From an uncultured virus (IMG/VR IMGVR_UViG_3300027736_000024) (Duplodnaviria > Heunggongvirae > Uroviricota > Caudoviricetes), in the IMG/VR virus record IMGVR_UViG_3300027736_000024, positions 116,127 through 136,126 of that record: a stretch of 20,000 bases of DNA, one strand, 5' to 3'. The position numbers and the translations under genes are program-made. A model generated the notes under the pieces. The model was not told the DNA's origin, did no database searches, and was given only the letters and a program-made list of their open reading frames with translations. How positions within the stretch are numbered: position 1 is the stretch's first letter; every line of letters starts with the position of its first letter. Shown piece after piece: positions 14,981 to 20,000 of this stretch.

Positions 14981-16229
14981 ATTCTATAACTTGTTCAATT
15001 CTTTCCATCCAACCTTTTGATTTTGTGTGAGGCCAAACTCTCCAAGAATGCGCTTTTCGATTATCTTCATACTCTCTCCAAATATGAATAAATTGATCAT
15101 TACTGTCTTGATTAATTAATCCACGTATTTCATTTTCATCACAATCTCTTCTATATAAATCATTTCCATCTTCGTCTAAAAATGCAACTGCAAATTGATC
15201 ATAATCAGATTCTATAAGTGATCCCTTATAAATATCAATACAATGTTTTATCTTACTCGCTAACCCAGACTCATAATCCCCTTTAATTGGAGGAAAATCA
15301 TTATTAAGAGTTTCTTTGTGTATCTGTCTTGTAGAAAATTTTAATCCGGCATATCTTTCATAAGCATCTAAAGTTTCAATATAACCAAAATAATTCGGAG
15401 CTAAAGCTCTTCTAGTGCAAGAAGAACAACCAGGATCCATTCCCATTAATTTTCTATATCTTGCATAAGATGCATCATCTCTTTCTTTCCAATCATTAGA
15501 ATCATCCCAATGTTTTTTCTTTCCTTCTCTTGTATATTCATGCCATATAACAGGCCTATGTGGAGAAAATAAATTATATCCAAAAGTAAAAGCTCTAGCA
15601 GCTAAAGAACTTTCTTCTCCATGAAAATATAATTCAGGATCATAAGGAACTTCTATTGGAAATGAACCTAATGTAAAAATAAAATGAGCAGATATAAATC
15701 TTGCAGGAAAAGGTTCTTTATGATCTTGCCAATTTGGAATATGGTGAGGAGCTAAAAATATAGCTCCCGCAGGCATGAATCTATCTATATTTAAACCCCA
15801 CACTTCATGAACTCTTGCATTCGGATCATTATTAGGAAAATATCCAGGTACATAAGCAGATAATAAAGGTTTTTTATATCCTTTACATTGTAAATAGTGT
15901 ATATAATCTTTTAAAGTTATATCCCAGTCTTGTAAAAATCTATGATGTGAATCTAATTGTAAATAATATTCCTGATCTGTATAATGTTTTTGAATTTCTG
16001 CACGCATCCAACAAACACCTTTAGCTTCTTTATATGGAATATCTAAAATAATAAATCTAGAATCATTTTTATATTCATCTAGATTATCCCAAGTATCTTC
16101 TTCTGAATGTTGCCAACCAATACAAATAGTAAAATTTTCTGGATTAACACAATTAGTTAATAAATCTTTTATAGTAGGAAGTAATTCTGGATCTCTATAA
16201 GCTGCTATCGAAACAAAAATTCTTGACAT
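14973..16229 (-). CDS. GT60-like polypeptide GlcNAc-transferase, paralog 1
   Basis: IFVSIAAYRDPEL, A.GVCW.R, LQLDSHHRF, VPYDP.LYF.GEE and WHEY.R. The start is moved to ATG 16229 (MSRIFV) because the track's extra residues overlap a promoter motif. Confidence 0.9.
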   Translation of the reverse strand: MSRIFVSIAAYRDPELLPTIKDLLTNCVNPENFTICIGWQHSEEDTWDNLDEYKNDSRFIILDIPYKEAKGVCWMRAEIQKHYTDQEYYLQLDSHHRFLQDWDITLKDYIHYLQCKGYKKPLLSAYVPGYFPNNDPNARVHEVWGLNIDRFMPAGAIFLAPHHIPNWQDHKEPFPARFISAHFIFTLGSFPIEVPYDPELYFHGEESSLAARAFTFGYNLFSPHRPVIWHEYTREGKKKHWDDSNDWKERDDASYARYRKLMGMDPGCSSCTRRALAPNYFGYIETLDAYERYAGLKFSTRQIHKETLNNDFPPIKGDYESGLASKIKHCIDIYKGSLIESDYDQFAVAFLDEDGNDLYRRDCDENEIRGLINQDSNDQFIHIWREYEDNRKAHSWRVWPHTKSKGWMERIEQVIEYE

Positions 16230-16232
16230 AAC

Positions 16233-16265
16233 GTAAATATACAAAATTTATTTGATATAAAAAAA
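16233..16265 (-). promoter_or_regulatory. promoter-like motif heading the glycosylation operon
   Basis: The minus strand reads TTTTTTTAT-atcaaataaattttg(15)-TATATTTAC-gtt-ATG, the same architecture and spacing as modules 1 and 2. Confidence 0.65.
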
Positions 16266-16271
16266 TTTATT

Positions 16272-19200
16272 TTAACATGGACCTGCGGCTATATTTGCTG
16301 TAAATCCTCTAGTAGGTGTTGCAGAATTTACAGCAGCTGTACACGTACCTCCTGCTGTAGGACAAGTACTGTTTGCAGATATACCACAATTATAAGGACT
16401 TCTATCTGCATTATTCACTAATTGAACTAATGCTGAATCACCTGCATTTAATATGAATGAAGCTCTAAATCCGCAAGTAGAAACAGCAAATGCGGCTCCT
16501 ACAGGAGTATAATTAAATCCACCATCTGTTGAATATTCAAATTGAACAAAAGTTGCATTATCACTAGTTTTACCATATAAATTAACAGTAAATGGACCAG
16601 ACGTAGACGGAGTTACACTAGGAGTTCTAGTTGGCGTTGGTGATGGTGAAGGACAAGCCGCTATACTTTGAATCAATCCACTACCTCCTGTTACTGTACC
16701 ATAATTCGTTCCATTAGAATAGAATCCGTTATTTACTGTATTAGATCCTATTGAATCCATAGCATTTGTTTTATATAGAATCATACCAGCTTGAAATGCT
16801 GAGGTATACGAATAATATGTTGTTAAAGTTTCTGTTGCTGTACATGCAGTTAATCCACTTGATGCATTATAGTATAACGCATAAGAATATACTACTCTAC
16901 TAGGACTAGGAGTATTACTAGGTGTTATACTAGGAGTTATACTAGGTGTTACTGTTCTAGTAGGAGTTATACTAGGAGTTATACTAGGTGTTTTACTAGG
17001 TGTTACTGTTCTAGTAGGAGTTATACTAGGAGTTATACTAGGTGTTACTGTTCTAGTAGGAGTTATACTAGGAGTTACACTAGGTGTTGTTGATCTAGTA
17101 GTACTTACACTAGGAGTCGGTACCGCTGTACAATCTTGAACATTAGTTATATTTCCTGCTCCATCCATTTCAACAGCGTATGTGACACCACTTCTAGTAA
17201 TATAGTGCCATGTAGTTCCTAAATATTTATTAGCCGGATTTAAAGTATCAGTAGTATATATAATGCCTCCTATTGCAGGAACATTATAAGATGAATTCAT
17301 CCATACAGGAAGGGACGCTCCAGCATTAGCGCAAGCTAATGTAGATGTTGCGTATGCTGTATTATTAATTAAATATGCAACAGGTGCCGCAGTAACACTA
17401 GGAGTTACGCTAGGAGTTATACTAGGTGTAATACTAGGAGTTCTACTAGGTGTTACGCTAGGAGTGCCGCTAACGCTAATTGACGGAGTAGGTGCAGGAG
17501 TACACGCTATATTTACTGTATATGTATCAGTTTTTGGATCAGCAGGATTATATGTTCCTGTTTCAACTAATAAGTAATATGTTATACTATTATTATAAGT
17601 AAAATCTAAATATCCAGTAGGTGATCCGAATGTATTAGGCGTTGGAAGGGTTGGACAATCCCAATCAGGCGCGGAATAACAAAAATCAGATCCTACCCAA
17701 CTTGAAGAAACGGCAGTTGCTATGCCATTTTCATAGACTGTAAATCTATTAGGCCTTTCATAAGCTTGATAAAAAAGTGATATTGCACTTCCATTAGGAG
17801 TAGATGAAAAATCTAAACAATAAAATTCCTGATGGTAATCATTACCACTATATCCTCCTGATATAATATCTCCACAATCATTTGGACATCCACCTGGACC
17901 ATATGCCGATCTTGTAGGACTTACAGAAGGTGTATTAGTTGCTGTGGGAGTGGGGGGTGGTGTACAAATAACTCTTATATAATAAGCATCTGTTATTCCA
18001 ATATCCTCACAAATATCAACTATCACATAATATGTTCTTGAACTATTGTATGTAAATGTTGTATCTACAGGGTTTATGTCAATAGGAGTACAAGGGGAAC
18101 TAGGTGCTGATGATGGTGATCCTAACCATCCAGTTGTAAATATCGGTGATGGATTTACGCTATCATACAATGTAAATCTGTCAGGCCTATCTCTTCCATC
18201 AAATTGTATATATATAGAAGAACCATTTGCCGTAGATGTTAAATCAAGATTTACTTGTTGTTGTGATGCATTATTAGGACTATAAGAACCTATATAACTA
18301 CCTCCACAACTTAATACTGGATTTGGTGTTGTTGAAGGTGTTATAGTAATACTAGGTGTTGTACTAACTGTTATACTAGGTGTTATGCTAGGAGTTCTAC
18401 TAGGTGTAATAGTAATACTAGGAGTAATACTAGGAGTAATACTCGGTGTTATGCTAGGTGTTACGCTAGGAGTTCTACTAGGCGTTGCGGTTACACTAGG
18501 TGTTGCAGTTACTGTTGGTGTAACACTTATACTAGGTGTTGCTGTTATACTAGGTGTTGCTGTTACTGTTGGAGTAATAGTTATACTAGGTGTTATACTA
18601 ACAGTAATACTAGGTGTTACGCTAGGTGTTATGCTAGGAGTTACACTAGGTGTTATTGATATGCTAGGTGTTACGCTAGGTGTTATGCTAGGTGATACAC
18701 TAGGAGTTACACTAATACTGGTAGTAATGCTAGGAGTTATACTAGGAGTTACACTAGGAGTTATACTAATACTGGTAGTGATGCTAGGTGTTATGCTAGG
18801 TGTTACACTAGGTGTTATTGATGTAGTAGTAGTAATGCTAGGAGTTATACTAGGTGTAATACTTGGCGTAATGCTAGGTGTTATACTAGGGGTAACTGTT
18901 GCTGTTACACTAGTAGTAATACTAGGAGTTATACTAGGTGTTACGCTAACAGATATACTAGGAGTTATACTTGGAGTTACACTAGTAGTAATACTAGGAG
19001 TTACGCTAGGTGTTATGCTAGGAGTTACTGATATACTAGGTGTTACACTAGGAGTCATTGTTATAGTTACACCTGGTGTTGATGTTGGACTAGCTGTCAA
19101 AGTTATAGTAGGAGTAATACTTATGCTAGGTGTTGCTGTTACTGTTGGCGTAATAGTTATACTAGGCGTTGCTGTTACACTAGGTGTTGCAGTTATACTA

Positions 19201-20000
19201 GGTGTAATACTAATACTAGGCGTTGCTGTTACACTAGGCGTTGCTGTTACACTAGGTGTAATACTTATGCTAGGTGTAGATGTTACAGTTGGTGTAATAG
19301 TTATACTAGGCGTTGCTGTTAAACTAGGTGTAATACTTATACTAGGTGTAGATGTTACAGTTGGCGTAATAGATATACTAGGCGTTGCTGTTACACTAGG
19401 CGTTGCTGTTACACTAGGTGTAATACTTATGCTAGGTGTTACACTAGGAGTCATTGTTATAGTTACACCTGGTGTTGATGTTGGGCTAGCTGTCAAAGTT
19501 ATAGTAGGTGTAATACTTATGCTAGGTGTAATAGTTACTGTCGGGGTAATAGTTACACTAGGTGTTGCTGTTACAGTTGGTGTAATAGTTATACTAGGCG
19601 TTGCTGTTACACTAGGTGTAGGTGTTACCGTTGGTGTAATAGTTATACTAGGAGTCGCAGTCATACTAGGTGTTGTTGTTACTGTTGGACTAATACTTAC
19701 ACTAGGTGTTGCGGTTACTGTTGGAGTAATACTTATACTAGGTGTTGCAGATACTGTTGGACTAATACTTACACTAGGTGTAGATGTTACCGTTGGTGTA
19801 ATAGTTATACTAGGTGTTGCTGTTACAGTTGGTGTTATGCTAGGAGTTACACTAGGTGTTATTGATATAGTAGTAGTAATACTAGGAGTTATACTAGGTG
19901 TAATACTAGGAGTTACGGTAACAGATATACTAGGAGTTATACTAACAGTTATACTAGGTGTAATACTCGGTGTTATAGAAACAGTAACAGATGGAGTAGG
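16272..20000 (-). CDS. giant mucin-like Ser/Thr/Pro repeat protein with Cys-bracketed globular domains (5'-truncated, at least 1242 aa)
   Basis: The frame of track ORF 16272..19664 stays open without a stop to 20000. Long (T-P-S/T-I/V)n tracts separate five globular domains. Confidence 0.92.
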   Translation of the reverse strand, partial: PTPSVTVSITPSITPSITVSITPSISVTVTPSITPSITPSITTTISITPSVTPSITPTVTATPSITITPTVTSTPSVSISPTVSATPSISITPTVTATPSVSISPTVTTTPSMTATPSITITPTVTPTPSVTATPSITITPTVTATPSVTITPTVTITPSISITPTITLTASPTSTPGVTITMTPSVTPSISITPSVTATPSVTATPSISITPTVTSTPSISITPSLTATPSITITPTVTSTPSISITPSVTATPSVTATPSISITPSITATPSVTATPSITITPTVTATPSISITPTITLTASPTSTPGVTITMTPSVTPSISVTPSITPSVTPSITTSVTPSITPSISVSVTPSITPSITTSVTATVTPSITPSITPSITPSITPSITTTTSITPSVTPSITPSITTSISITPSVTPSITPSITTSISVTPSVSPSITPSVTPSISITPSVTPSITPSVTPSITVSITPSITITPTVTATPSITATPSISVTPTVTATPSVTATPSRTPSVTPSITPSITPSITPSITITPSRTPSITPSITVSTTPSITITPSTTPNPVLSCGGSYIGSYSPNNASQQQVNLDLTSTANGSSIYIQFDGRDRPDRFTLYDSVNPSPIFTTGWLGSPSSAPSSPCTPIDINPVDTTFTYNSSRTYYVIVDICEDIGITDAYYIRVICTPPPTPTATNTPSVSPTRSAYGPGGCPNDCGDIISGGYSGNDYHQEFYCLDFSSTPNGSAISLFYQAYERPNRFTVYENGIATAVSSSWVGSDFCYSAPDWDCPTLPTPNTFGSPTGYLDFTYNNSITYYLLVETGTYNPADPKTDTYTVNIACTPAPTPSISVSGTPSVTPSRTPSITPSITPSVTPSVTAAPVAYLINNTAYATSTLACANAGASLPVWMNSSYNVPAIGGIIYTTDTLNPANKYLGTTWHYITRSGVTYAVEMDGAGNITNVQDCTAVPTPSVSTTRSTTPSVTPSITPTRTVTPSITPSITPTRTVTPSKTPSITPSITPTRTVTPSITPSITPSNTPSPSRVVYSYALYYNASSGLTACTATETLTTYYSYTSAFQAGMILYKTNAMDSIGSNTVNNGFYSNGTNYGTVTGGSGLIQSIAACPSPSPTPTRTPSVTPSTSGPFTVNLYGKTSDNATFVQFEYSTDGGFNYTPVGAAFAVSTCGFRASFILNAGDSALVQLVNNADRSPYNCGISANSTCPTAGGTCTAAVNSATPTRGFTANIAAGPC
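18321..20000 (-). repeat. coding degenerate 12/18/24-bp tandem repeats (TPS[IV], TATPS[IV], TPSISI)
   Basis: Dozens of variants of actaggtgttat / actaggagttac on the + strand. Confidence 0.9.

Noticed and set aside
8611..16229. Ordinary bacterial LPS/capsule locus
   Set aside because: No flippase, polymerase or nucleotide-sugar synthesis genes in the window. It is flanked by phage-type genes (holin, Seg-like, tail-like) and led by protein-directed GT60-like enzymes.
18046..18285. Plus-strand 79-aa ORF
   Set aside because: Antisense shadow inside the mucin-like gene.
19662..19664. ATG 19664 as start of the mucin-like gene
   Set aside because: The frame stays open with the same repeats to 20000, so this Met is internal.
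1..20000. Stop-codon reassignment, as in some Bacteroidota phages
   Set aside because: Long genes are intact under code 11. TAG stops at 781, 1987 and 7607 sit at or just before terminators, and a TGA stop forms an ATGA overlap at 5200.

Overview
AT-rich window that looks like part of a large (jumbo-type) dsDNA phage genome, probably with a Bacteroidota host. The host call is an inference from A-rich start regions without Shine-Dalgarno sites and a repeated TTTTTTAT-N15-TAwwTTTAC promoter-like motif resembling the Bacteroidota -33/-7 consensus. The + strand (1-7471) carries a 5'-truncated ADP-ribosyltransferase-like gene and many small early-type genes, including an HTH protein, DUF932, DUF1737 and small membrane proteins. 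It also has duplicated promoter/operator modules and two acidic proteins that look like internal head proteins. The - strand (7607->20000) carries a giant Ser/Thr/Pro mucin-like protein with Cys-bracketed globular domains that runs off the window. It is followed directly by a tight operon: two GT60-like (Skp1/mucin-type) GlcNAc transferases, a GT-like protein, a NodU/CmcH carbamoyltransferase and an FkbM-HtrL-GT-A triple fusion. After these come a tail/baseplate-like protein, a GIY-YIG-like protein and a small holin. The best candidate for a new system is a phage-encoded mucin-type O-glycosylation pathway encoded beside its probable substrate. All family calls come from motif recognition by eye; no searches were run.
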